DNA from: Camelus dromedarius
Taxonomy: Eukaryota
Length of the DNA: 64,000 bases
NCBI RefSeq assembly: GCF_036321535.1
Contig: NC_087472.1
Coordinates: 103,294,001 to 103,358,000 of the forward strand
Direction: 5' to 3'
Position numbers and translations under genes: made by a program. Within the stretch, counting starts at the first letter, position 1. Every line of letters starts with the position of its first letter. Below are positions 1 through 12,040 of the stretch, piece by piece. Under the pieces are notes generated by a model. That model saw only the letters and a program-made list of their open reading frames with translations. It was not told where the DNA came from and searched no databases.

Positions 1-1435
1 TTGTCTATTTCTTCAAATCTATATTTGCTTAATATATTTAGGAACTCCAATGTTGGGTGTGAGATATTTACAATTGTCATATCTTCTTGATGAATTGACC
101 CTTTTATCAATATATAGTGACCTTCTTTGTCTCTTGTTATCATTTTTTACTTAAAGTGTACTTTTTTTCTAATATTAGTATAGCCACCCCTGTTCTCTTT
201 TGGTTTCCACTTGCATGAATTATCTTTTCTCATTCCTTCACTTTGTATATCCTTAAAGCTGAAATGAGTCTCTTGTAGGCAGTATATATTGGGTCTTGTT
301 TTTTTAGCTACTCTGTGTCTTTTGATTGGAGAATTTAATTTATTTACATTTACATTTACAGTAATTATTGATAGGTAAGGTCTTACTAATGGCATCTTAT
401 TCATTGATTTCTGGCTGTTTTATAGTTCTCTTATTCCTTTATTCCACTCTTGCTGCCTTCCATTATGAACTGATGATTTTCCATATTGTATGCTTTGATT
501 CCTTTCTCTTTATCTTTTGTGAATCTACTGTAGGTTTTTGTTTTGTGGTTACCATGAGGCTTGCATATTATGGCTATAACAGAATATTTTATGGTGATAA
601 AATATCAAAGTTTAACTGATCATGTATAAAAACTCTCCCCTTTTACCTTTTTGATGTCAGAATTTATATATTTTATATTGTATATTCATAACCAAATTAT
701 TGAAGCTAAGCTATTTTAAATAATTTTGTCTTTTAACCTTTATACTAGAGTTAAGTGGTTAACATACCACCATATTATAGTGTTAGAGTATTCTGAATCT
801 GACTATATACTTACCTTTACCAATGTGTTATATATTTTCATGCTATTAATTAGCACTCTTTCATTTCAACTTGAAGGATTCCTTTCAGCATTTCCTGTAA
901 GGCAGGTCTGGTGGTGATGAGCTTCCTCAATCTTTGTTTGTTAGGGAATCTTTATCTCATCTCTATTTTTGAAGGACAACTTTGCTGGGTAATGTATTCT
1001 TGGCTGACTTTTTTTTTTCCTTTCAGCACTTTGAGTATATCATCCGATTTTCTTTCCCAGCCTGCAAGGTTTTTGCTGAAAAATATGATTATGGCCTAAT
1101 GGAAGAGTTTCCTTTACAAGAGAAAATTTTTTTCTCTTGCTGCTTTAAAAATTCTCTTTGACTTTAATTTAGAAAGTTTTATTATAATGTGTCTTGGAGA
1201 AGATTGTTTTGGATTTAAATTTTGGGGTGACCTATTAGCTTCAAAAACTTGGATGTCTATATCTCTCCCCAGGTTTGGGAAGTTCTCATCCATTATTTCT
1301 TTAAGTAAGCATTCTACTTCTTTCCCCCTCTCTTTTCCTTCTGGAATGCCAGCGATATAGACATTATCTCTCTTAATGCTGTCCCATTAGTCCTGTAAGC
1401 ATTTTTCATTCCTTTTTGTTATTTTTTCTCTTTCC
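1..1435 (-). mobile_element. Old L1 (L1M-type) fragment: ORF1 end / inter-ORF / ORF2 endonuclease start, degenerate
   Basis: ORF 147..404(-) reads YLSIITVNVN..LNSPIKRHRVA..IYCLQETHF, the L1 ORF2 EN N-terminus; T-rich + strand; frameshifted. Confidence 0.9.
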
Positions 1436-2208
1436 CAGAGCAGCATTTGACTGGAGCTCTGCCCATCTATGTCCTCCCCCTCAGTCAAGGCCATATCCAA
1501 ACCCTCCTCAGCCTATGAAGACTTCCAGAGACAAAGATTACACAACACCCTTCAACAGCCTATGTCAGTGTTCACAATTGTCAAGTGATTCTCCCTTAAG
1601 ACTAAACTTGAACTTTTGCCATGTCCCTTCAGCACATTTCCTCCTGTTCTTTTCTTGGGAAAGACAGAGCTGTCTGGATAATATCTCCTACATATTGACG
1701 TCAACAAATTTCAAGGCAGAAGTACTACATCATTTTCATCTATTTTTAAAAATCATAATTATCTTCTTCTTTGACAATCTTACTAGCTCTTTTGAACTTT
1801 ACCAGATCCCATGGAAAGAGGCAGGAGTTGAAATGGAAAAGACACTGACAGGTTAAACCCCAGTTCTCTTACTGGGTGACATATAGCTAGTTACTGATCT
1901 TGCTGAGTGTTTGAAAAGTAACAACTTCCACAAAGGTGGTTGTGAACACTCAGCAAACGATATACATTGGTGCCCTGCACACAGTTGTCAGTTTTTGCCT
2001 CTGTCATGTTCAAGTCAAGGTTAATTATTTGTACTGATATTTTATGTTTTGTTCTTTCCTGCTTTGTCCTATTTATTATTGATATGTATAGACAGGATTA
2101 GATACTTGGCAGCTTTGCTATTAGGAGTAGGCAGTTTACTACTCTGCTTGGCCCTGATTGAGATGGAGAAAGTTCTTGAGAGTACTGTGTTCATAGCACT
2201 ATCTAGCC

Positions 2209-2421
2209 CAGGGTCTGTTAATCTCATCACTTGACATTTAGAGCCAAGTAATTCTTTTTTTGTAGGGAGCTGTCCTATGCATTGTACAGTGTTTTGCAGC
2301 ATCCCTGACCTCTACCCGTAAATGCAGTAGCACCCTCCCCCAAGTGGTGACAAACCCAAATGACTCCAGACATTGTCATTTGTCCCCTGGGAGGCAAAAT
2401 CACCCTGGTTGAGAACCACTG
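2209..2421 (-). mobile_element. MER20 hAT-Charlie DNA transposon
   Basis: Reverse strand CAGTGGTTCTCAACCAGGGTGATTTTGCCTCCCAGGGGACA...GACAATGTCTGGAG, MER20 signature. Confidence 0.85.
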
Positions 2422-2639
2422 CTCTATATCACTGATACAGATTTGTTTTGAAGAGAACAAAATTACTGCCATGCCATCTGAGGTTGTCATCCTATGATCT
2501 CTAATTACTCTCTATTCCTGAACATTCTGTCTCACCCTACTGAGAAAAACATAGCTTTCCACCAAAAGAGGGTGGAGCACCAGTGGTCTCCCTTTAGTGA
2601 AAATCGTGAAGGTGAATGCAGTAAAAGAAGCACAAGGAG

Positions 2640-2781
2640 GAGGGAGGAGGGTATAGCTCAAGTGGTAGGGTGTGTGCTTAGCATACCCAAGATCCTGGGT
2701 TCAATCCCCAGTACCTCCTCCAAAAATAAACAAGTAAACCTAACTACCGCTCCCCCCTAAAAATTAAATTAGATTAAAAAG
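2640..2781 (+). mobile_element. Camelid tRNA-derived SINE (Vic-1 type)
   Basis: GGAGGGTATAGCTCAAGTGGTAG..CTTAGCAT..TCCTGGGTTCAATCCCCAGTACCTCC with A box and B box, AATAAAC..AAACCTAA tail; 17-bp TSD AAAAGAAG[C/T]ACAAGGAG at 2623-2639 and 2782-2798. Confidence 0.88.
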
Positions 2782-2959
2782 AAAAGAAGTACAAGGAGAA
2801 ACTGTGTCTGTAACTCATACAAGTTTGATATCATCTTGGGACCATTTTTCAGGCTGTCTAAGCTATACCTGTTATACTTCTTTCTGCCTTGACTATCCCA
2901 TCTCTTCCACACCTGCAACATGAATTCTTTCAAAAAGCCCTTTCTAACCACAAGGAGTC

Positions 2960-3140
2960 TAGGCATGAAGTCTGACTGCTGAGGTTCAAACCCCAGTTCT
3001 TTTGCTTTCCAGCTTTGTGAACTTGATTTCATGCCTCGGTTTCCTCATCTAGAAAAGGAAAATGATGCTGTCGCTTACCTCATAGGGTTGTTGTGAGGAT
3101 CAAATGCAGGGACACAAGGATGCTGACTTGCTAATGCATA
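2960..3140 (+). mobile_element. MIR SINE
   Basis: GGTTCAAACCCCAG..GCCTCGGTTTCCTCATCT..TACCTCATAGGGTTGTTGTGAGGAT core. Confidence 0.85.
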
Positions 3141-3374
3141 ATGCTCACTGATGGGTATATTAGGGCCTGACCTAATGCCTTGTCTTGTCTTGGGCCCTGT
3201 TACTTCTGGTTTTTGATTACCAGCAGCTTTCTCCTTAAAAGAGCGCCAGGTTGAAATCCCAACTGAGTAATTTATGGAGATTTTTGCCCTTCCTCACTGC
3301 TTCTCCAGGTTTCCAAGGAGTATGTTGCTTGTGGGCATGGATCTAGACTACCAAAAGTATCTCTAGGGTGCCCC

Positions 3375-5580
3375 ATGCTCCCCGAAATCCTAGATCTTCC
3401 AGAAACATCTTACAGAATAGTTGGAGCTATCCCTGAATTTCAGGTTCATGTTGAATCTGTATGGAACTTGGGCCTAAGGACTTCTTGACCAAATAAATTC
3501 AGAGAGGATTCTGAATCAGCTCCCAAAGATTATCAAGCTGCCCAGCGAGCTGTAACTAACTCTTGCTCCCCAGCTTATTTTAGGAAGATTCCAGTGTTAC
3601 AATAGGAGAGGCAGAAACACTTGGGACAAAACCAATCACAAAATCCAGTGGAAAGGCTGAGCAGAGAACGATACTCTATGAGAATTCCTCCAAGTATGTT
3701 CTCAAGTTTTCAATTTTCACAATTGCTAGTGACTTCACCCTTGCAGACATTGCTGAGGCTTTGCCTAACCTTATCTAAAGCAATGTTAAAACACTGAGAG
3801 TCACTGAGATCCAAAAATAACATCTTGTAACATAATGGCATTATCCAAAGTCCAAGGCAATAAGGCCTTGACTCCTTTCTGGATGGAATCCAAATGCATA
3901 TTATTAATATCCACCACATTCCAACTGTCCCAGAAAAGATGCAAGGCTGCCCTGGGATTTATGTTGATAGTTTCTAGTTTCTAGACATTGAACATATTTC
4001 TCAGGCAAATAATATTCCTGATAAGATTAATTACAGGATGGTCTTTAATAACAAAGAATGAACTAGTAGTAAGGCTCTTACCCAACTGAGCTTCTAATTT
4101 TTGTGTATTTGTGATAACATTATACCTCCTGCATCATCAAAAGCCAAGAGATTTTGATTTAAAATATGGTAGATTCTGAAGTCTCAGGAAAGTTCCTATA
4201 ATTCCAAGTAAATGTATGCATGTGGGCATGAGACTGAAGCTTTTACCCTTCAACTCTTTTTTTTGAAGCTTTTTTTTTATTGAGTTATAGTCATTTTACA
4301 ATGTTGTGTCAAATTCCAGTGTAGAGCACAATTTTTCAGTTATACATGAACATCTATACATTCATTGTCACATTCTCTTTCACTGTGAGCCACCACAAGA
4401 TCCTGTATATATTTCCCTGTGCTACACAGTACAGTCTTGTTTATCTATTCTACATTTTGAAATCCCAGTCTGTCCCTTCCCACCCCCGTACCCTTCAACT
4501 CTTGACTGCCAGATTGATCCTCCTTGAAGCTCAGATGTTAGGCACTTGAGGATTCCCAAGGTGATTTATCCACTCGCTATCTCTCTGGTTTGGGGAACCA
4601 GAATCCTTCTATAATCTCATGTACTTTCTTCCACATCTCCCACTTGCTTAGGTTCCAGAGAGAACCTAGGCAGGAGCCCTGCGACCAAATAAACATTAGT
4701 GTTCTTGGGCAGAGTACCAGTTTCCAGGATAACCTAGAAGAAAACTTCAAAGCCCCAATTAAGCTTCTTTCCCTGATTTTATAGACCAGACCAGCAAGCT
4801 TACCTCTGAGCCACACCCTGGTTCTTCCAGCTCTCCAGAGCTCTGATATCTCCAAAGAAAGCTTCTCCTGCCTCAGTGCTTACAATCCTTCCAGTACCAC
4901 TGGTGTTAATAAGCTCTTATCTGGGACACTGTGTGTCAGAAAGGTGAACAAATTGAAAAGAGAATTCTGTGTATTGTAGAGTCATCATACACTCTGCCAT
5001 GCTATTCAATCTTTGCAATAATTATTTTCTCTCTGGATTTTTGGAATATTAGTCTGTGATGTACTAAACTATGACATGGTGAAGTATCTTGACTTTATTT
5101 CTGGTTTCTCACCATCACATTAATCATATATTCTATTTTAAATAGGCCACTCAATCATCAGTTGTGAATCAAATATATTACATAGGAATCTGGGATGAAA
5201 TTATCATCCCATGAGGCACAGAAATGGAGCCTCAAATCGGCAGAACTCAGGGTCATACTTGCCAGAGAATCCCAAAGGTCTTGTGATTCAGAATTACCTT
5301 ACTTCTCTATAACTGATGTTGCCTAATTCATTCTGAAGTAAGCACACCCATTCCAGTACTAGACTTCTTGCCAACAGGTGTGGCACCTCTGAGAGCTCCT
5401 GATCATAATGATCTCATCCGAATCTCCTGATACATTGTCACTGTGGGAGCACATGCATCCAATGTGGCTGCCAGAGCAGCTTTTCAGTTTAGCCAGTATT
5501 CTGGCCTCTGTGGTTACCTAGCTATCTCATCTTTGCCGATGTTAATGGCTGGCTATAAGGGCCATCTTTAAAGAACAGAA
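3375..5580 (+). mobile_element. Decayed, internally deleted Ty3/gypsy (sushi-ichi/Mart-like) LTR-retroelement internal region
   Basis: Colinear motif remnants: gag LPE..IPEFQV/C*ICMELGPKDF..GF*IS..AAQ (3396-3551); NCPRK; protease VDS..FLDIEHISQANNIP (3963-4019); RT start DCQID..IPKVIYPL (4504-4575); RNase H end; integrase LCH, CDV, LDFISGFSPS, HSST..AN (4992-5375). Interrupted by an L1 at 4259-4488. Confidence 0.7.
4259..4488 (-). mobile_element. Young, 5'-truncated lineage-specific L1 3' end
   Basis: Poly-T then TATTGAGTTATAGTCATTTTACAATGTTGTG..TTCCCTGTGCTACACAGTA; perfect 15-bp TSD TACCCTTCAACTCTT at 4244-4258 and 4489-4503. Confidence 0.9.
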
Positions 5581-6189
5581 ACTCCCCAAGGAATGGCATG
5601 GACTTGATGGCAGTCTAACCTCTTGAGTTCAGAGCATCTCCAGATTGTGGAATAAATTAGCAATGCTAGAATAACTAGCCCCATGTTTTGCTGACTCAGT
5701 TTAAAGAGTAGGTACACTTCCTGACTCCATCTAAAATACTTATTTTTATAGATGTTTTATGTTTGTGTTCAGAATACTGTTATTTTATGAAACATTTCAC
5801 TTTGATATCCCAGTTGGAACAGTATCATCCATCTGGTTATCTAGGCATTCTGATGACCACAGCTGTGGGGGAATGAATTATGGCCACAGATAAGACAACA
5901 CCTGGGTAAGAGCAAAGAATCAATGTAGTAGTAAAAAATTTTAAAGTAAATGAATGAATTTAATAATAGATTAAAAAAAATTGTTCATGAACTCAACTGG
6001 AGGGATTTCTATTACTTTTACCTCCCTCCCTGACACCTAGTTTCATAGTCAGCAGTGAGCTTTATCACCATGGTATTTGTGACATAGTTGTGACATGAAG
6101 ATGGTTCAACTCATAAAAGACCAGAATGTCCTCACTTGTTGCCTAAAACATTAATTATGGGCTGAGCTATCTGACTCAGGGGAAAGACT

Positions 6190-6360
6190 GATCAGTTTTC
6201 AACCCTTGCCTTTCTACTTACTAATTAATAGCGTGACTCTGGACAAAGTGGCTTGATGGAGGCAAACTTCTTTTTCTTCATCTATAAAAAGGTCATTTGG
6301 TGGATTCAGAGACTTAATACATGTAAAGCACTTAGCCCAGTGCCTGGATTATAGTAATCA
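6190..6360 (+). mobile_element. MIR SINE
   Basis: TTTTCTTCATCTATAAAA..AATACATGTAAAGCACTTAGCCCAGTGCCTGG. Confidence 0.7.
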
Positions 6361-6574
6361 TGCTGTTTTCTTCCATGTCTTCCACCATATTAACTCAAAT
6401 CTTAACTTCCAAATCATATCTTGTTCCAGAAGTTTTTTTTCCCACCTTTTATCAGTTGATACTAATTTCATCCATCACAACCTGTGGATGGGCAGACAAG
6501 CAGATAACATATGCCTTATTAAAAATGAACTGTACCCTCCTCTTCCTCCTTACCATTGAGTTTATATACAGTAT

Positions 6575-6860
6575 CTTCATTAAACAAATATTTATTGGAT
6601 GTCTATTATGTGCCAGGCATTTTTCTAAGCAACTGGGGATATGGTAGTGAACAAAACAGAGAAAAATCCCTGTTCTCTTAGAGCATATATTATAGTGGGG
6701 AGACTCAATACATATGTAACATGTAATCAGTATAGTGTAGCAGATAGTGGTAGGTGCCATGGAGGAAAATAATGGGTGGAAGTTGTCTAAATACTGTCAA
6801 TGTATGTTTATGTAGTGGTGGTGGTGATAGGGATCAATTTTAATAAAGTACTCAGGAAGC
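6575..6860 (-). mobile_element. L2 3' end
   Basis: CATTAAACAAATATTTATTG..TATTATGTGCCAGGCA, reverse L2 terminus. Confidence 0.8.
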
Positions 6861-7814
6861 TTGAGCTCTGCTCCTTGACTCATTAAAAAAGGAGAATCAT
6901 ATATATATATATTTAAATCTGAGCTGTCAGATTGGCAGGAGGCAAAACAGTGTTTAGTAAAATTGAGAAGTTATAGTCTTGATCAGCATTCGTAGGACCA
7001 ACTTTGGAGTTAGTGCAACTGGCTCTACCTGGGTACTGTTCTATTAGCTCTCTCCTCTTCCAGCTTGGTAGGAGGGACTGTTTGAGTGCCTAGGGATGTT
7101 GGGGATGGAGTCAGTAACTAGCCTTGGCCAAGCCCCACTGATGACCCAGACCAGAGAAATCCCTTAGAAGATGAGGAGGGAAGGGTACAATGTCTCCAAG
7201 ATGAACTTGATAGACTTCAAGAAGACAACTGCTGTTGGACTTTCTAACTGGATCAGAAAACATGGCTCTTATACTCTGTCTGAATACTGAGGTAGAGGTC
7301 AGTAGGGATGAAGGCTTATTCTAAGATATTCAGAACCAATTAGGAAGTATTAACCAAAGTGTAAAAGTCTTCAGTCACCCTCAGACTCTGGTTGACAGGC
7401 AGGAGCTAGCTCCAAAAAGAGTCTTCTATGCTTTCAATGACCATCAGTGTACAGCCTTGACCCAGACTGGGTCTAAGCCATTTGACTTCAACGATCTCTT
7501 ATGTCAGCTGCCTTCTCTGAACCTGCACCTTGCTTCAACTCAACCATCCTGTGCCCCTGAGATGTGTCTACTTTTCTATAAGCTAGTGAAGAAATGTGAT
7601 GCTCTGGCCAAATTCCTAAAACTCCCTTTTATCACTTCCCTGTACAGCCCACAGGTGGCTCCTCTAGGGAGGGTTGTCTCAAGTAACTTTTTTCCTGATT
7701 ATTCCATCCCATTTTCCTCCTGAGGTCTGGACCAAGTAATACTTTCTAGCACACGGGACCCTGGAGAAATAAGATCTTTTCCTCTTCATCTTCACCAAAA
7801 AGAGATATTTGACT

Positions 7815-8325
7815 AACCATCTCTAGATGACAACTCTCAAATTTATATCTTCACCCCTGACCTTGATGCCTTTTGTGTATCTAGTTGCCTTTTCAGCATC
7901 TTCACTGGGATTTCTAACAGACATCACACACTCCATCAAACTGTTTTACTTACAACCTCCCCCATCTAAGTTGATGTCAACCTCGTCCTTCCAGTTGTTT
8001 ATTCCGAAAACCCTGGGGTAATCCTTGACTCTCCCTTTCTTTCACAGCCTACATCTAATTCACCAGAAAATCCTGTTGGTTTTACTTTCAAAATGCATTA
8101 AAAATTCAGCCACCTTCTCACAAACTCTGCTGCTACCACCAAGCCACCATCATATCTCACTTGGATGACTGCAGTAGCCTCCTCGCTGGCTTCTCTGCCT
8201 GTAGTTTTGCCCCTTTGTAGTCTGTTCTCCATACAGCAGCCAGACTGATTCTTTTCAAATGTGAGTGAGAGCATGTCACTCCTCCATTCAAACTCTACCA
8301 TGCTTTCCCATTCTCTTAGGATAAA
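7815..8325 (+). mobile_element. L2 fragment
   Basis: ATCCTTGACTCTCCC..CAAGCCACCATCATATCTCAC..ACAGCAGCCAGA typical L2 3' region. Confidence 0.8.
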
Positions 8326-10059
8326 GGTTCGTGTTTTGTTTCTCCAGCCCTAGATATAAATGTATACTAATGATTCTCATGTTACTTGCTATTTTGTACA
8401 GTCTGGGTGTGGGAATAAATTAGGGTTACATGACAAGCACTGTGTACTATCATCAATTCAGACCAGTAGTAATCAGTACAACCTCCCTGGAATCTGCAGT
8501 TTGTCCTCACAAACGTGAACTCTGTCTGTTGAAAATATTTGTCAATTTGGTTAATGATTATCTTTGCTCTGTCTGTAGGAAAAGGGGACAGCTGTGCAAC
8601 CAGAAATGTAAACAGGAAAGAGCTTTAGCTTTTCCTTTGGGCTAAAAAGTCAACTTGTTATTTATTTTCTGTAAAGTACTTATAAATGCACTTTGTGTGA
8701 GAAATATGTGGTCAAAACCAATTGGACTAAAGGCAAATCATTCTTGGTTGTGTAAAGTTTCAAATTCTCTCCACCTTATACTCCTGATAGCCTTTCTTAT
8801 TTCTGTCGGAAGCATTACTCGATCAATTTTAAGGTAAGAAATTACATAAACCATCCTTTTTTTCCCTCTGAAGTTTACCAGAGTTACCCTTTCAACTTGG
8901 GGAAGTAGAGGAAGCTTTTGCTATAGCTATTTAGCAATCTCACCATTTATGACTCAGTTGGAAGTGTACAGAAAGTTGACGGTAAGGGAAATAGGGATTT
9001 CAAGGTCGGTGCACTTTGCTCGAGCAGAGAGAAGACCTACCCTCAAGTCTGAGCTGGTGAAGTGGTGCCTGCTGATTGAACTCCATGGTTATCTGGTGTC
9101 CATTTAGGTTTTATAAGATAGCAAATCAGAAACAGGGAGGGGATTCGTGGTAGGCGGGGCTACTAAAAGCACATTCTCCAAGAAGTGGCGCAGAATTCAG
9201 AACCTGCAGCGACAGCAGACTTAATAGCAATAAAACTGGAGCCACTTAATGCAAAGCCCCGAAGAGGTTGTCATGTTATAGCCTAGGCAGTAAACACTGT
9301 CCAAGATGATGACATTGAGTCATCTGGAAAAGGAAAAAAAAGGCACATAAAATAATGTTCAGGCAACATCCTGATTAGGATGGAATGTGTTTTAGAAAAA
9401 TTCCTACCTTAAATGGTTCAAAATGGAAAATTGGTATAATCAAAGCAGTGCATTTTCATTGTGCTTACGTGGGCCTGCTTATCCTCCGAATGTGACAGTT
9501 CTCCTATGGAACCATTAGGGACAATTTTCCCATTTCCCTCACTTCTCAAAGTTCTCTAATCATTACACAGCTCTTCTTATTTTGAGTGGCTTATATTACT
9601 AGGCTTCCAGCGTTTTTCTCTGTGTTCTCATGTATTCATATAATACTTAACCGTGTCCCCGTGGGATGAATATAATATGATTTTCAGCTTTGAAATAAGG
9701 AAATTAGGTGTAGGAGGAATATTACCTGCCTAAAGTCACACAGCTAATAAGTGACAGAGTGAATCCATTATGCTACCTAAGTCTTCTTCTAAATGATAGT
9801 CCCATGATGGGGAGAGCTGTCCATCCTGGGTCTCCTCTTCCAGGTCTGAACTGTGCTTCAAATGACATTATTTTAGACCTATTTCTTCTTCTTTATTTTC
9901 CTCTGGCTACTCTCCTGTGTCTCTCTAAAATCATGGGCCTCAGAAATTAGCATGATGCTCTAAATCGTTTTGTCTTGATACTTCTCTGAACAAAGTCTAA
10001 GATAATCTAAGATGGATTTACCTTTTGAAGGGCAGCCAAGTTGGCTTTATAGCTCATAT

Positions 10060-10655
10060 TAAGCTCTTATTCACCGTTCCCGAGTGGGCTGCTGTAGTAG
10101 TTCCCTGACCCATCTCCTTGCTTCTCCTCTTACCCTCAGTGTCAGTGCTCTGGCCAGCAGTGAGAGTGACCCTGTTAAAAAGTTTGTCAGATCACCTCTG
10201 CTTGAAGTGTCTTCCTACGTTACTCAGAGTAGAAGCCCAAGTCCAACAATCGACTGTGAGGCCCTCTGGGTGGGGCTTTCCCCCTTCCTCTCCATCTCTA
10301 CTTCCTGCTGCTTTTCCCGAGCCACTGGCTCCAGCCACAGAGGTCTCTGATGTTCTTGAGACCTACGGACATTTGAACTCGCTGTTCCCTCTGCCTGGAA
10401 CCATCTCCCCTCAGATATCCACATGGCTTTCATCCCTTCCTTCAGGTCTTTGCTTAATGTCACCCTCTCATCCCCACCCCATCAGTCACCAGCCTCCTTT
10501 CCTGCTTATTGTAAAGTCATAGCATTTTCCGCTACCTCACCTCATATAATATGATATCCACAGGAGCTTTTCCTGTCTCATTCATTACTGTATGTCCAAT
10601 ATCCAGAATAGTGCCTGGCATACAGTAGGTGACCAATAAATAATTGTTGAATCAC
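10060..10655 (+). mobile_element. L2 3' end
   Basis: GCTGTTCCCTCTGCCTGGAA..AGTGCCTGGCATACAGTAGGTGACCAATAAATAATTGTTGAAT. Confidence 0.85.
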
Positions 10656-11859
10656 GGTTCTTGTTGTTTTGGACATGGACTGTTGATCAGAAGACTGCTT
10701 AATTCTGTTCTGTGTGGTTCTTTCAGGGACATTTACGTTGTGTTAAATCCCTAATTGAAATGGAAGATACAAAGGAAATCACACAGGCAGCATCTGACTT
10801 GTTCCTAGTGCCTCCTTGGATATATTTTTAGGATCAGAGATATATATTTTCCAAGTGTAAACCACATTCAAAAAATTATATTTTATAGTTTTGCCAGGTG
10901 TCAAGATTAAACTCTTCCCTCTACCTCTTATGAAATTCACCCTCCAACCCTTTTGAAAAGCAGAACAGGTTTTCTCCATCTCCAGCCTCCTTTTTTTTTC
11001 CCCTGGTTCTTCATTCTTTCACAGAGAAACTGTTCCTTTAGGCCAGTTCTTTTTCTGGGTCCCATCCCCTGGGTCTTTGGCGGATTCTTTCCATTATCCG
11101 AACCTCAGCATCTTCTCAGTGGAGAGTAAACAAAAATTCCCCTAATCCAGCCATTGCTTGCAGTTGGCCACTGTGAGCTAGTTTTCCTACAGAATTATTG
11201 TGACAATTCTCCCATTTCCCTCACTCCTCAAATTTTCTTGGCTTCCAGAATTTTCCTGCCTCCTTATTATCTCAGGGTTCTTGTTCACCTACTTTTAGCT
11301 TTCAGAGTTCATATCCTGCTGTCTCTATTTCAATTTGATTGTGTTAATCTTATTTTCTGCCTCAATGCATTGAAGTTAAACAACTCCCTCCTTTTTTTTT
11401 TTTTCCCCTGAACCCATGAGCTTCCTTAAGGAAGCGACCCAAGTGGAGTTTTGTTTTAGCTTTTATTAAAGTAATATTCCACCTCTTTATCTGGAGCCCC
11501 GCACACTGCTCCCTTTTCTCTTGACAGGTTTTCTCCTCATGCCTGTGAGAAGCATGTGGATCTCACCTTCCTTAGATGTGGGGGGAGCCTACTGAAACTT
11601 CACTGATTCCCCCTCACCTCACTTCCTTTTAACATTCTTTATCAGAATTGCTTAAATCTGTCCATCACTAAGTAAAGTAATCTTAGAAGGGTCCTGTATT
11701 TTGATTCATATCAAGGATGGTAAGAATCCACGTCTTTTGGATGTGGCGCAACTCAGTCCATCATCTTCACTGCAGGCTCCCACTGTGCCCTCTGCTTCTC
11801 TCCATCTGCACCTCCATCCTTGCTCTTAGACTACTGACAGCAACTTAAAGGCCTGTACT

Positions 11860-12040
11860 CTAGAATCACGCTGCATGTTTTCGTATCCTGCCTCTACCAC
11901 TTACTGGCTGAGTGAGGTTTGGTAATCTATTTAAATTCTCGGACCCTCAGTTTCACAATCTGTATAATGGTGATAAAAATATTTGCCTCTAGGGTTGTTG
12001 TAGGGCTTAAATGAGATATTATAATGCCAAGCACCCTCAA
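11860..12040 (+). mobile_element. MIR SINE
   Basis: CCTGCCTCTACCACTTACTGGCTG..CCTCAGTTTCACAATCTGTATAATGG..AGGGTTGTTG. Confidence 0.8.

Noticed and set aside
147..404. ORF with L1 endonuclease motifs as a functional gene
   Set aside because: Short, frameshifted piece of an old L1.
2645..2720. tRNA-like sequence as a tRNA gene
   Set aside because: It has a SINE tail and TSDs, and the stems are degenerate; it is a SINE head.
5515..5580. Chromodomain at the end of the gypsy fossil (YLI..W.GY.GP-like)
   Set aside because: Needs several frameshifts to read; too weak to claim independently, noted only as the approximate 3' boundary.
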